Assembly (NCBI GenBank): GCA_035353055.1
Contig: DAOPYW010000001.1
Coordinates: 21,687-85,686, forward strand
Length of the DNA stretch: 64,000 bases
Reading direction: 5' to 3'
Source of the DNA: Bacilli bacterium
GTDB lineage: Bacteria; Bacillota_I; Bacilli_A; RFN20; CAG-826
The position numbers were made by a program, and so were the translations under genes. Position 1 is the first letter of the stretch. Each line of letters opens with the position of its first letter. The notes below the pieces were generated by a model, which saw only the letters and a program-made list of their open reading frames with translations, was not told the origin of the DNA and did not search any database. Of the stretch, positions 1 through 8,719 are shown piece by piece.

Positions 1-2331
1 GCGAGAATGAGCCAGGATTGGAAAGTGCGTTACCCATTAATTGATTTCCAAGGCAACAACGGCTCCATCGATGGCGATTCGCCTGCTGCCTATCGATATA
101 CTGAGTCAAGACTCAGCGAACTGAGCAATGAACTAGTTAAAAGCATCGACAAAAACACTGTAGACATGCAATTAAATTTTGACGATACTGAATTCGAGCC
201 AATCGTTTTGCCCAGCCGCTTTCCCAACTTATTATGCAATGGAACTGAAGGAATTGCAGTTGCTTTAGCAACTGAAATGCCACCCCATAATCTGAGAGAA
301 GTAATTGAGGCGATTATCTACCGCATCAATCACAAGACCGCCACAAGCGAAGAATTACTGACTTTTATCAAGGGTCCAGACTTCCCTGGCGGTGGCGTCA
401 TCTATGAATCTGAAGGGCTAAAGAACATTTACACAACTGGCCGCGGAAGAGTGGAGGTTGCAGCTAAAGCTGAGATTGTAAAAACTAAGGACCTTCAGCA
501 AATTGTCATCACCGAAATTCCTTATAAAGTGGTGAAAATTCAACTAGTCTATGAAATCGATAAAATCATCCATGCCAAATCAGTCAGCGGCCTATTAGAG
601 GTTCGCGACGAGAGCGATTGGAAAGGCATCCGCATTGTCATCGACTGCAAAAAAGATGCTCGCGCAGACTTGCTTTTGAAATACTTAATGAAGAAGACTT
701 CATTATTTTCTTCCTATTCCGCCAATATGGTCGCCATCGTCGATGGAAGGCCAAGAACTCTCACTTTGTTAGAATTAGTCGATGCTTATATTGCTCATCA
801 AGTGGATGTCATCACTCGTCAGAGCCAATTTGATCTGGCGAAATTCAATGAGCGATTGCATCTAGTTGTCGGTTTAATCACTGCTTCTCTTTCGATTAAC
901 GAAGTAGTGGATATCATTCGCAAAAGTAAAGATAAGGCCGATTCAAAAATCAACTTAAGCAATCGTTTTGGCTTCTCTAACGAACAGGCCGAAGCCATCG
1001 TCACCATGCCTTTATACAAATTGAGCCACACAGATGAAGAAGTTTTGGAAAAAGAGAAAATCCAGCTCGAAAAAGATATCGCGACACTTAATGAAATTCT
1101 CCAGGATTCCAATAAATTGAACCGCGTATTGATCAAAGATCTCAAGCAGATTAGTTTAAAATATGGCGATGATAGACGAACCGCTGTCGAAGGAAAAATT
1201 GAGATTGAGCCTATTGATAAGCGCGATTTAATCGCCAAAGAGAGCGTGATTGTCGCTGTCACAAGAGATGGCTACATCAAAAGATCTTCCATCAAATCTT
1301 TTAAAGGTTCGGGCAATGATTCTTTGCCAGGCATAAAGAGTGGCGATTGCCTCGTCAGTATGGGAGAAGCTTTTACTACTGATTATTTGATATGCTTCAC
1401 CAACTTAGCTAATTACACCTGCATTCCAGTGCATAAAATCCCCGATAACAAGTGGAAAGATGAGGGCGTCCACCTCAATACTTTCGTCACATTAGGTGCC
1501 GGAGAAAAAATCATCAAAGCTATCGTTGTCAGCAAGCTAAGAAATGACGTTTATCTTTCCGCATTGAGCCGCTTTGGACAAATTAAGAGAATGGCCAGTG
1601 ATGCTTTGGACTTCTCCAAAAGACCGCGCCTTTCCCGCTATATGCGTTTGTTGAGCACCGATGAAGTAATCGGAGTTCAAGTGTTGACCGGAAATAGCGA
1701 TTTACTAGTTTTAACTAGTAATGGTTATGCCACTCGCTTTAACGAAAACGAATTAGCGATTCTCAGCTCGAAAGCTGGAGGTGTTAAATCCGTGACTGGT
1801 TTGGGTAAAAATCAGACTGTGAGTTTGCTCGCTTTTGATGTCGATGAAAAATCAAAAGTCCTCATTTTCACTGATAAGGGCCATGAGCGCGTATTAGATC
1901 CTAATAAGGTTCCGTGCACGCCGCGCTTAGGAAAGCCAATGCTTGTCATGCCTTGCTTCAAAAGCGATATTCACTCTATCGTCAGTGCATGCAAAGCGAA
2001 GAGCCAAGTCGAAGGAGACTATATTGTTAATTTAAGCTTAAATGATCAGAGTGTCTTCTCCTATAAGATCGATGATTTATATCTAACCGATATAAATAAA
2101 TACGCCAAAAAGAATATTTCTATCCCAAGCAAAACACGGGTTGAATTGCTATTTAATGAAACGATTGATTATATCTATCAGGAATCTATTTCTCATCCAA
2201 TAATCGAAAAGGAAAGCAAGGAGAAAGAAACTGAAGAAAGCCAAAACATGGAAGAAGAAATCAGCGAAGGCAAACCTGGAGACGAACCTGGCACTTTTGA
2301 GCAAATATCCATATTTGATGATGATAAATAA
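1..2331 (+). CDS. Type IIA topoisomerase A subunit (GyrA/ParC family), 5'-truncated by the window edge
   Basis: The frame is open from position 1. The motif RYPLIDFQGNNGSIDGDSPAAYRYTESRL matches the GyrA/ParC breakage-reunion region. The C-terminal beta-pinwheel region ends in an acidic tail (…EEEISEGKPGDEPG…DDDK). Confidence 0.85.
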   Translation, partial: ARMSQDWKVRYPLIDFQGNNGSIDGDSPAAYRYTESRLSELSNELVKSIDKNTVDMQLNFDDTEFEPIVLPSRFPNLLCNGTEGIAVALATEMPPHNLREVIEAIIYRINHKTATSEELLTFIKGPDFPGGGVIYESEGLKNIYTTGRGRVEVAAKAEIVKTKDLQQIVITEIPYKVVKIQLVYEIDKIIHAKSVSGLLEVRDESDWKGIRIVIDCKKDARADLLLKYLMKKTSLFSSYSANMVAIVDGRPRTLTLLELVDAYIAHQVDVITRQSQFDLAKFNERLHLVVGLITASLSINEVVDIIRKSKDKADSKINLSNRFGFSNEQAEAIVTMPLYKLSHTDEEVLEKEKIQLEKDIATLNEILQDSNKLNRVLIKDLKQISLKYGDDRRTAVEGKIEIEPIDKRDLIAKESVIVAVTRDGYIKRSSIKSFKGSGNDSLPGIKSGDCLVSMGEAFTTDYLICFTNLANYTCIPVHKIPDNKWKDEGVHLNTFVTLGAGEKIIKAIVVSKLRNDVYLSALSRFGQIKRMASDALDFSKRPRLSRYMRLLSTDEVIGVQVLTGNSDLLVLTSNGYATRFNENELAILSSKAGGVKSVTGLGKNQTVSLLAFDVDEKSKVLIFTDKGHERVLDPNKVPCTPRLGKPMLVMPCFKSDIHSIVSACKAKSQVEGDYIVNLSLNDQSVFSYKIDDLYLTDINKYAKKNISIPSKTRVELLFNETIDYIYQESISHPIIEKESKEKETEESQNMEEEISEGKPGDEPGTFEQISIFDDDK

Positions 2332-2357
2332 ACATACTTTGTATGTTAATCAAAATA

Positions 2358-2385
2358 TTAGTAGTTTTTTAGTAATATTTTAGTA
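2358..2385 (+). repeat. Three TTAGTA direct repeats at exact 11-bp spacing (ATATTAGTAGTTTTTTAGTAATATTTTAGTA)
   Basis: TTAGTA occurs at 2358, 2369 and 2380. A 20-nt block is identical to the one at 16044-16063. Confidence 0.6.
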
Positions 2386-2499
2386 TTACACATTTTGTGT
2401 GTTAACTTTTTATTCAATCGTTTTAAATCGCTTAAAAGCGATATTTTGTGGCTATTACTAGGCACTCACTGGTTTTTATTATAAAATAAAGGAGAAATT

Positions 2500-3033
2500 A
2501 TGTGTTTTAGAAAAAAAGTATTTGCATACGCAAAATCCATCTACGATATCGAGACCTCCTTTTACCTTCAGCAGGGCATTAAGTACTTGCTAATCGATTT
2601 AGACAACACTCTTGATTCTTATCGCCTTTGCTATCCGACCTTGCCTGCTATCGACTTAGTCAATAGACTGAAAGAATCTGGCATTACTCCCATCATTGTT
2701 TCAAACAATCGCGGCAAAAGGGTGAGAACATATTCCCATTTTATTCAGGTGGATTGCATTAACAGCGCAATGAAACCTTTTGCAAAAAAGATTGTTGGTT
2801 TTCTAAAAGAGAAAAATATCAAACATGACGAAGTCATGCTTATCGGCGATCAAATTATGACTGATGTGGGGGCAGCAAATGCTGCTCACATAAAAGTGAT
2901 ATTAACTGATAAAATAGTTAGAGAGGATCAATGGACGACTAGATTGAATCGCCTGATTGATAAGCCCCTTCGAAGACGACTGTTCAAAAAAGGAAAATTA
3001 AAAGACTGGAGGACTTTCTATGGGAAAAGTTAA
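2500..3033 (+). CDS. yqeG: YqeG-family HAD-superfamily (IIIA) phosphatase
   Basis: The motif LLIDLDNTL is the HAD motif I. It is followed by yqeH-yhbY-nadD as in the B. subtilis yqe operon. The RBS AAAGGAG lies 7 nt upstream of the ATG. Confidence 0.75.
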   Translation: MCFRKKVFAYAKSIYDIETSFYLQQGIKYLLIDLDNTLDSYRLCYPTLPAIDLVNRLKESGITPIIVSNNRGKRVRTYSHFIQVDCINSAMKPFAKKIVGFLKEKNIKHDEVMLIGDQIMTDVGAANAAHIKVILTDKIVREDQWTTRLNRLIDKPLRRRLFKKGKLKDWRTFYGKS

Positions 3034-4162
3034 AAGAGTGATGCGATGCTATCACTGCGGTGAAGTTTTGCAAAGCAAAAAAGAGAACGAAAAAGGCTTT
3101 ATTGCTAATCAGATTTTATCCGCTCCTAATGCCGAAAAGGAAGTTTTATACTGCGATAGTTGCTATGAAAAAATGAAAGCGATCAACACTGGAATGCTCG
3201 AAAGAGATGCTGATGAAGAAATATTGACCATCCTCGAAGATGCTGTCGCTACTGATGCAGTCATCGTCTGGGTCGTCGACCTGTTTTCATTTAACGGAAC
3301 ATTAAATCCAGATGTCATTAACAAAGTTAAGAAATTAAAAGTCATCATTGCCGGAACCAAATTTGACTTGTTCCCCAAGAATGTCGAAAAAGAGCAGCTC
3401 GTTACTTTTTTAAAGGAGCGCTTTGGCGAAGCGGGGTTAATTCCTTGTGAAATCGTCTTGTTTGGCAATACTGATGGCATAGATGTCGAAAAAATGCTCG
3501 ATAAGTTATCCGAAGTCCGCGCAGGCCATGATGTCTACATGATCGGCTCCGTAGCTTCCGGAAAAACCACATTGATTAATCGAATGCTCAAATCATATAA
3601 GAATACCACTCGCCGCCCTATAAGAACCGAGACTTATCCTGGCACATCCGTAAAATTGTTAGATATTCCATTTTCGAACTCGGCTTCATTTTATGAAGTT
3701 CCAGGCTTTTCTTTGGTGACATCTGTCCTTGGAAAAGTGGAAAAAGATATCCAAAAAATGATTATTCCTAAAAAGGAAATCAAGATGACATTGAAAACCT
3801 TATCTCCGGGCGATGCTCTGCTTATCGGATCTCTCGCTAGTTATCAATTGATTAGCGGGAAAGCGACGATATTTAAGCTTTACACTGCAGAGATGGTGGA
3901 GACGAAAAAGATTCCCACCAAAAAAATGCGCGAAGTTTTACAAGACAACTTCGACAGGAAGTTTTTAAGGCCAGTCAGCTCAAGATTTACTACTTTCACT
4001 GATTACGATTTGTTTGATTACACGATGGAGAACGACGGACGGGTGCACGATATTGGTATCGCTGGCCTCTGCTGGATTTCTTTTGTCGCTAGGGGGCAAG
4101 TCATCCGCGTTTTATTCCCGAAGGGTGCCGCATTAAAAGAATATTTAGGAAAGTTGAGATAA
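3020..4162 (+). CDS. yqeH: Ribosome-biogenesis GTPase YqeH (circularly permuted GTPase with an N-terminal Zn finger)
   Basis: The N-terminal CYHCG…CDSC zinc ribbon, the GSVASGKTTLIN P-loop, and the position after yqeG all fit YqeH. Confidence 0.8.
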   Translation: MGKVKRVMRCYHCGEVLQSKKENEKGFIANQILSAPNAEKEVLYCDSCYEKMKAINTGMLERDADEEILTILEDAVATDAVIVWVVDLFSFNGTLNPDVINKVKKLKVIIAGTKFDLFPKNVEKEQLVTFLKERFGEAGLIPCEIVLFGNTDGIDVEKMLDKLSEVRAGHDVYMIGSVASGKTTLINRMLKSYKNTTRRPIRTETYPGTSVKLLDIPFSNSASFYEVPGFSLVTSVLGKVEKDIQKMIIPKKEIKMTLKTLSPGDALLIGSLASYQLISGKATIFKLYTAEMVETKKIPTKKMREVLQDNFDRKFLRPVSSRFTTFTDYDLFDYTMENDGRVHDIGIAGLCWISFVARGQVIRVLFPKGAALKEYLGKLR

Positions 4163-4164
4163 AT

Positions 4165-4458
4165 ATGCTAACTGCTAATGAAAAAAAACAATTGCGAGCG
4201 ATGGCGGAAAAATTGACCACAAGATATCAGGTCGGCAAGAACGAGATTTGTGATTCTCTCGTCTGCATGCTCGACAAAGCCTTGATTGTCAAAGAGCTGA
4301 TCAAAATAGATGTGTTAAAAGGAGCCAGCGCTTCAGTGATGGCGATCGCTTTAGACTTGTCTTCTCAGCTCAATGCTGACATAGTACAAGTAGTGGGAAA
4401 GGTCATTGTTTTATTTCGGAGAAATAAAGAAAATCCAATAATCCAGTTCAGGAAATAG
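4165..4458 (+). CDS. yhbY: YhbY/CRS1-family RNA-binding protein (YqeI)
   Basis: It is 97 aa and carries the KQLRAMAEKL…YQVGKN motif typical of the CRS1/YhbY domain. Its position is conserved. Confidence 0.75.
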   Translation: MLTANEKKQLRAMAEKLTTRYQVGKNEICDSLVCMLDKALIVKELIKIDVLKGASASVMAIALDLSSQLNADIVQVVGKVIVLFRRNKENPIIQFRK

Positions 4459-4459
4459 C

Positions 4460-5533
4460 ATGAATAAAGTCATTTTCGGAGGAGGATTCGATCCGATTCA
4501 TCTCGGCCATATCAACATGGCACGCTTAGCTTCCAAGCATTTTGATGCGGATGTAATTTTTGTTCCATCCCCCATTTCAATTTGGAAAGAAACATCGACG
4601 CCCATCGAAGATAAGATTGAGATGATACGACTTTCCATCGAAGGGTATAAACGTTTCAGCATTGACCTGTTTGAAGCGAAAAGTGGCAAATCTCACAATT
4701 ACTCCATCGACACCGTCCGCTATTTTCATAGTAAATATCCCGAAGATCATCTTTTCTATCTCATCGGAGGAGATCAAGTCAATGAATTCCACCGCTGGAA
4801 AGAAGCTGATGAGCTATCAAAACTGGCTCATGTGATTTTTTTATCTCGCCCAGGTTTTGATTTGAGCAAAGAAAATATCGAAAAGTATCACATGCAAATG
4901 CTGCCAGGAAAAGTGGTGGATGTCAGCGCGACTGATATCCGCTCATTTCACTCTTTGAAAATCGACGACAAAGTAATTAAATATATTGAAGAAAATGAGC
5001 TTTATTACATAAAGAAGATAAAATCGTTCCTCAAAAGCAAAAGATATGATCATTCGAAAGCGGTGGCGAATCTATCTTATGACATCGCCAAAAAGCATCA
5101 TCTAAGAAATCGCGATCAATTCTATATTTCTGGATTCCTCCACGATATTGGCAAAGAACAAATCGGAAACGAAATAATGAAAGAGCATTTCTCAAAATAC
5201 GCGGACTTGCCAACTTTCGCCTATCATCAATTTGTAGGAGCCTATATTGCGAAGACAGAATTCAACATCACTAATCGCTCAGTCATTAAAGCAATTGCTT
5301 TTCACGCCACAGGAACCGCGAAGATGAACCGACTCGGAAAAGTCATCTACGCCTCTGATAAAATCGATCCCACGAGAGATTACGATTCAAATTACATGAT
5401 TGAGGCGATGATGAAAGATATCGACGAAGGTTTCAAGCTAGTTTTGAGCGAGAACAGGAAATTTTTAGAAGAGAATCGCAAAAATATCAACAATCGATTA
5501 ACAAAAGAGTGCTTTGAGAATTACCTCGGTTAA
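4460..5533 (+). CDS. nadD: Nicotinate-nucleotide adenylyltransferase NadD fused to a YqeK-type HD-domain hydrolase
   Basis: The N-terminus GGGFDPIHLGHINMA is the NadD (H/T)xGH motif. The C-terminal half has an HD motif (FLHDIGKE) like YqeK. The single ORF is 357 aa. Confidence 0.8.
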   Translation: MNKVIFGGGFDPIHLGHINMARLASKHFDADVIFVPSPISIWKETSTPIEDKIEMIRLSIEGYKRFSIDLFEAKSGKSHNYSIDTVRYFHSKYPEDHLFYLIGGDQVNEFHRWKEADELSKLAHVIFLSRPGFDLSKENIEKYHMQMLPGKVVDVSATDIRSFHSLKIDDKVIKYIEENELYYIKKIKSFLKSKRYDHSKAVANLSYDIAKKHHLRNRDQFYISGFLHDIGKEQIGNEIMKEHFSKYADLPTFAYHQFVGAYIAKTEFNITNRSVIKAIAFHATGTAKMNRLGKVIYASDKIDPTRDYDSNYMIEAMMKDIDEGFKLVLSENRKFLEENRKNINNRLTKECFENYLG

Positions 5534-5605
5534 TTATCATTTTCGGTGGTGGAACCAACCACTATTTGGGCAATAATAAATTTTACAAAAGACCATCAAA
5601 CTTAG

Positions 5606-5630
5606 AAGGAGATTACTCCTTTTTTTATTT
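5606..5630 (+). terminator. Rho-independent terminator of the nadD-yqeK transcript
   Basis: The hairpin AAGGAG-ATTA-CTCCTT is followed by a TTTTTTTATTT run. Confidence 0.7.
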
Positions 5631-5719
5631 AACCTTTGAAAATATGAACAAAAAATGATTTCTTCTATCTCATTAATCTCATATTGTTTTGTTGAATCTG
5701 CAATGAGCAATACCGGTAG

Positions 5720-5730
5720 TTGTGTATAAT
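5720..5730 (+). promoter_or_regulatory. Strong -10-type promoter element TGTGTATAAT on the plus strand inside the nadD/mazF-like intergenic tract
   Basis: There is a perfect TATAAT with an upstream TGTG and no plus-strand ORF downstream. The transcript would run antisense toward the 3' end of the MazF-like gene. Confidence 0.35.
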
Positions 5731-5890
5731 CACTCGTAAAATATAGCACTTCGCATAATTTCCGTTATGTTAACTAGAATTAAAATATTGTTAGATATAT
5801 TCAGTATTTATTTTTTGCGAAATTCAAAATGTTCGCGGTTTAGTAACAGCTAATAAGTAAGTTTTCCACAGATAAGTTGTAGAAAATATC

Positions 5891-5907
5891 TACTAATTAT
5901 CTACTAA
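5891..5907 (-). repeat. Two TTAGTAG repeats (reverse orientation) at 11-bp spacing just 3' of the MazF-like gene stop
   Basis: Plus-strand TACTAA occurs at 5891 and 5902 (ATCTACTAATTATCTACTAA). Confidence 0.5.
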
Positions 5908-5909
5908 CA

Positions 5910-6491
5910 CTAAACACCACTTTTGTAATCATATTGCAATGTCAGGAGATTTATATAGGCTTGAGTAATCAATTCGACTTTGCGTTCTTCTAACCTATAC
6001 ACTTCATTAGCATGCGTGTCATATTCATTGAATTCTCCATCATTTCCAATCGCTAATTTTGTATAGATTCTCAATTTATCAATCGCTCTTATTTGATTGA
6101 TCACTGCCAAGGTGCTATGGCCGGTTTTTAAGCACTGAATGATTCCTAAATCCACATCGCTTCTAGGATGACCACCATTCTTGTTGCTTTTTAAGGGACA
6201 AACAATAACTAAAGGGTTATATTCTCCTGAGTCGGCGAGCACCACTCCAAAATGGCGATTTGAGAACTCGGCGTTGACGTTGATTCCCCAATCGAATTCT
6301 AAGATATCGCCTTTTTTCAAGTCGTAGCGCAACTTGTACTTCTCGGCAAACATTGAATATTCCAGTTGACGCTTAATCCAATCCAGCTGTTCCTTTCTTC
6401 CAATCATCTTGCTCGGCAACGAGCGATCATCGTAATCGGTGTTGTCGATCCAGCGATACTTTCCGCTTCCATAATAATTAGGGCCACTCAT
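5910..6491 (-). CDS. Extended PemK/MazF-family endoribonuclease-like protein (solo, no adjacent antitoxin ORF)
   Basis: The core KKGDILEFDWGINVNAEFSNRHFGVVL…PLVIVCPLKS…VINQIRAIDKLRI aligns with B. subtilis EndoA/MazF ([27 protein letters not shown]…QIRTIDKQRL). It has extra segments of about 55 aa at the N-terminus and about 45 aa at the C-terminus. The likely start is the ATG at 6491, preceded by AGGAGGG 8 nt upstream. The ORF-track start at 6527 would include the RBS. Confidence 0.6.
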   Translation of the reverse strand: MSGPNYYGSGKYRWIDNTDYDDRSLPSKMIGRKEQLDWIKRQLEYSMFAEKYKLRYDLKKGDILEFDWGINVNAEFSNRHFGVVLADSGEYNPLVIVCPLKSNKNGGHPRSDVDLGIIQCLKTGHSTLAVINQIRAIDKLRIYTKLAIGNDGEFNEYDTHANEVYRLEERKVELITQAYINLLTLQYDYKSGV

Positions 6492-6549
6492 AATAAATAC
6501 CCTCCTAGTAGACTTCGTTATCTCCAAAAAGCATAAAAGTTTGAAAAAT

Positions 6550-6580
6550 AAAAAAATAAGCAGGAAATGCTCTTGCTTAT
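6550..6580 (-). terminator. Rho-independent terminator of deoB
   Basis: The minus-strand hairpin ATAAGCAAG…CCTGCTTAT is followed by TTTTTTTATTTTT. Confidence 0.6.
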
Positions 6581-6602
6581 TTATTTTATAAATAACTATT
6601 AA

Positions 6603-7802
6603 TTAGTCTTTTAGCAATTCGCTAATAGGAGCACCAATTAAGTCGTCTGGCTTGCTGAGCTTGAAGTTTTTAAGAACAGTCGCTCCGATATCAGCGAATG
6701 AACTCCTCTCTTCAAGATAGCGGCCATTCTTAAACGATTTAGAACACATGAGGAGTGGGACTTTTTCGCGAGTGTGATCAGTGCCAGTCCAAGTCGGATC
6801 GTTTCCGTGATCAGCGGTGACAATCAATAAATCATCATCTCGTAAGGCTTCAATGAGCTCTTTTAATCTGCGATCAAATCTCTCGAGCGCTTTCGCGTAT
6901 CCTGGGACATCGCGGCGGTGGCCATACTCAGAATCGAATTCGACAAGATTGACGAAGCACAAGCCGGTGAAATCAAAATTCTTAGCTTCGCTAATGGTCT
7001 TATCCATTCCATCTTCATTGCTGATGGTTTTTTGTGTTTTAACCACCCCGTATTGATCGAAGATATCGCCAATTTTTCCGACGCAGGTGGTCATGAAACC
7101 ACCATCTTGCAAAACGTTCATAACTGTCGGTTTGTTTGGCTTCAATGCTAAATCGTGACGATTAGGTGTTCGCTTAAAGTTTGAAGCGCAAGTGCCGATG
7201 AATGGGCGAGCGATAATGCGTCCAACCATCCATTCAGGCTTCATGCATAATTCACGAGCAATCTCGCAGCAGCGATATAGCTCTTTGACGCCAGTGACTT
7301 CTTCGTGAGCAGCGATTTGGAGAACGCTGTCAGCGGAGGTGTAGACGATGAGAGAATCATCTCTCATTTGCTGCTCGCCAAGCTCTTTTAAGATTTCGGT
7401 TCCTGAAGCGGAATAGTTGCCGATCACTTTGTGGCCAGTTCGCTTTTCTAATTCGGCAATCAGCTCTAGAGGGAAGCCAGTATCCGTGAAGGTCTGAAAT
7501 GGTTTGATGGTGTAAATGCCCATCATTTCCCAGTGGCCAGTCATCGTGTCTTTGCCATTGCTCTCTTCTCGAGCTCTCGCGACATAGGATTGAGGATGAG
7601 CCACCTTAGTTGTTCCCACGATTGGAGCGAGGTCTCCAATTCCTAAAGCGTTCATCGTTGGGATGTGTAATCCATTGGCTCCCTCAGAGATGTGAACGAT
7701 GGTATTGCTGCCAACATCGCCGTATTTATCAGCGTCAGGTTCAGCTCCGATGCCGACAGAGTCGGCAACGATTAAAAATATCCTTTTGAATTTATACGCC
7801 AT
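6603..7802 (-). CDS. deoB: Phosphopentomutase
   Basis: MAYKFKRIFLIVADSVGIG is the DeoB N-terminus. The start was moved to the ATG preceded by AAAGGAG; the track start at 7829 would include the RBS. Confidence 0.85.
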   Translation of the reverse strand: MAYKFKRIFLIVADSVGIGAEPDADKYGDVGSNTIVHISEGANGLHIPTMNALGIGDLAPIVGTTKVAHPQSYVARAREESNGKDTMTGHWEMMGIYTIKPFQTFTDTGFPLELIAELEKRTGHKVIGNYSASGTEILKELGEQQMRDDSLIVYTSADSVLQIAAHEEVTGVKELYRCCEIARELCMKPEWMVGRIIARPFIGTCASNFKRTPNRHDLALKPNKPTVMNVLQDGGFMTTCVGKIGDIFDQYGVVKTQKTISNEDGMDKTISEAKNFDFTGLCFVNLVEFDSEYGHRRDVPGYAKALERFDRRLKELIEALRDDDLLIVTADHGNDPTWTGTDHTREKVPLLMCSKSFKNGRYLEERSSFADIGATVLKNFKLSKPDDLIGAPISELLKD

Positions 7803-7835
7803 GAGATTTCTCCTTTTGACCGTAGTCATTATAAA

Positions 7836-8717
7836 TTACTTTTTTCTCATATACAAATCATAAGCGCTCAAAATTCGTTTCGTTGAAACGTGAGTGTATA
7901 TTTGGGTGGTCGCGATATGAGCGTGACCGAGCATTTCTTGAACCGCGACCAGCTGGGCACCATTCTCTAAAAGATGGGTGGCAAAGCAGTGGCGAAGAGT
8001 GTGGGGAGAAATCGGGACATCGATTCCCGCTAGAGCGGCGTATTTTTTCACTTGTTTAAAGAAGAATTGCCGGGACAAAGGTTTTCCATATCTATTTAGA
8101 AATAGATACTTGCTATCTCTGCCCTGATTTTTGCATCGCACTTCATCGAGATATCTAGCGATGCATTCAATTGCGTAATCCCCTAGGGGAACCTTCCGCT
8201 CTTTGGCTCCTTTGCCTAGCACGGTTACAATGCCATTTTTGAGATTGGCTTTTCCTCTTTCCAGCATCAAAAGTTCGCTGACTCTCAGCCCCGTCGCATA
8301 CATGGTTTCAAGCATGGCGCGATCGCGGATGCCTTCGGGCTTTTCAGCATCGGGCATATCGAGCAAATGGTCGACTTCTTCGACAGTCAAGCAATGAGGC
8401 AAATGCTCGGGCTTTTTTGGCGATTCAATCTCCGGAATCTCATCTTGAAGATAGCCTTCGGTCTTTAAAAAGATGAAGAAGCTCTTCGTGGATGAAAGCC
8501 GGCGCAGAGCAGTTGAGGCTGACAGACCAATTGAAAACTCGTAGCGGAGAAAATCCAATAGATCAGTGCCGAGCAAATCATCGACTTGCTTTCGCTGCTT
8601 GAAAAATGCGAAAAATCGTTTCAAATCCTCTTGATAAGATTTTACTGTCTGATTAGCGAGGCCTTTTTCTGCCAGCAAATACTGCTCATATAGCTCAACG
8701 GCGTCTTGAATATCCAT
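7836..8717 (-). CDS. xerD: Tyrosine recombinase XerD/XerC family
   Basis: The C-terminal catalytic region HTLRHCFATHLLENGA…LGHAHIATTQIYTHV carries the R-H-R-Y residues. It is adjacent to deoB, as ripX-drm are in B. subtilis. Confidence 0.8.
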   Translation of the reverse strand: MDIQDAVELYEQYLLAEKGLANQTVKSYQEDLKRFFAFFKQRKQVDDLLGTDLLDFLRYEFSIGLSASTALRRLSSTKSFFIFLKTEGYLQDEIPEIESPKKPEHLPHCLTVEEVDHLLDMPDAEKPEGIRDRAMLETMYATGLRVSELLMLERGKANLKNGIVTVLGKGAKERKVPLGDYAIECIARYLDEVRCKNQGRDSKYLFLNRYGKPLSRQFFFKQVKKYAALAGIDVPISPHTLRHCFATHLLENGAQLVAVQEMLGHAHIATTQIYTHVSTKRILSAYDLYMRKK

Positions 8718-8719
8718 AA

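Noticed and set aside
618-1262. ORFs 618-833 (+) and 819-1262 (-) inside the topoisomerase gene
   Set aside because: They overlap entirely a well-supported long CDS in other frames and have no RBS. They are spurious.
2358-2385. TTAGTA repeat clusters as a CRISPR array or MITE
   Set aside because: The units are 6 nt with an 11-bp period and only 2-3 copies. There are no spacers and no cas genes. Flanking sequences are not conserved beyond about 20 nt, which fits a protein-binding site better than a mobile element.
5537-5749. 70-aa minus-strand ORF spanning the nadD terminator and AT-rich intergenic tract
   Set aside because: It starts at a GTG and runs across a terminator hairpin. The tract is low-complexity and AT-rich with no SD, so this is almost certainly non-coding.
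5767-5853. 28-codon plus-strand ORF (MLTRIKILLDIFSIYFLRNSKCSRFSNS) downstream of the TGTGTATAAT element
   Set aside because: It has no SD and is low-complexity and AT-driven. Any transcript from this promoter is more likely non-coding or antisense.
7836-8717. Tyrosine recombinase as a marker of an integrated mobile element or integron
   Set aside because: It has XerD-type catalytic motifs and conserved deoB-adjacent chromosomal context (ripX-like). There are no attachment-site repeats, no cargo, and no phage or conjugation genes nearby.
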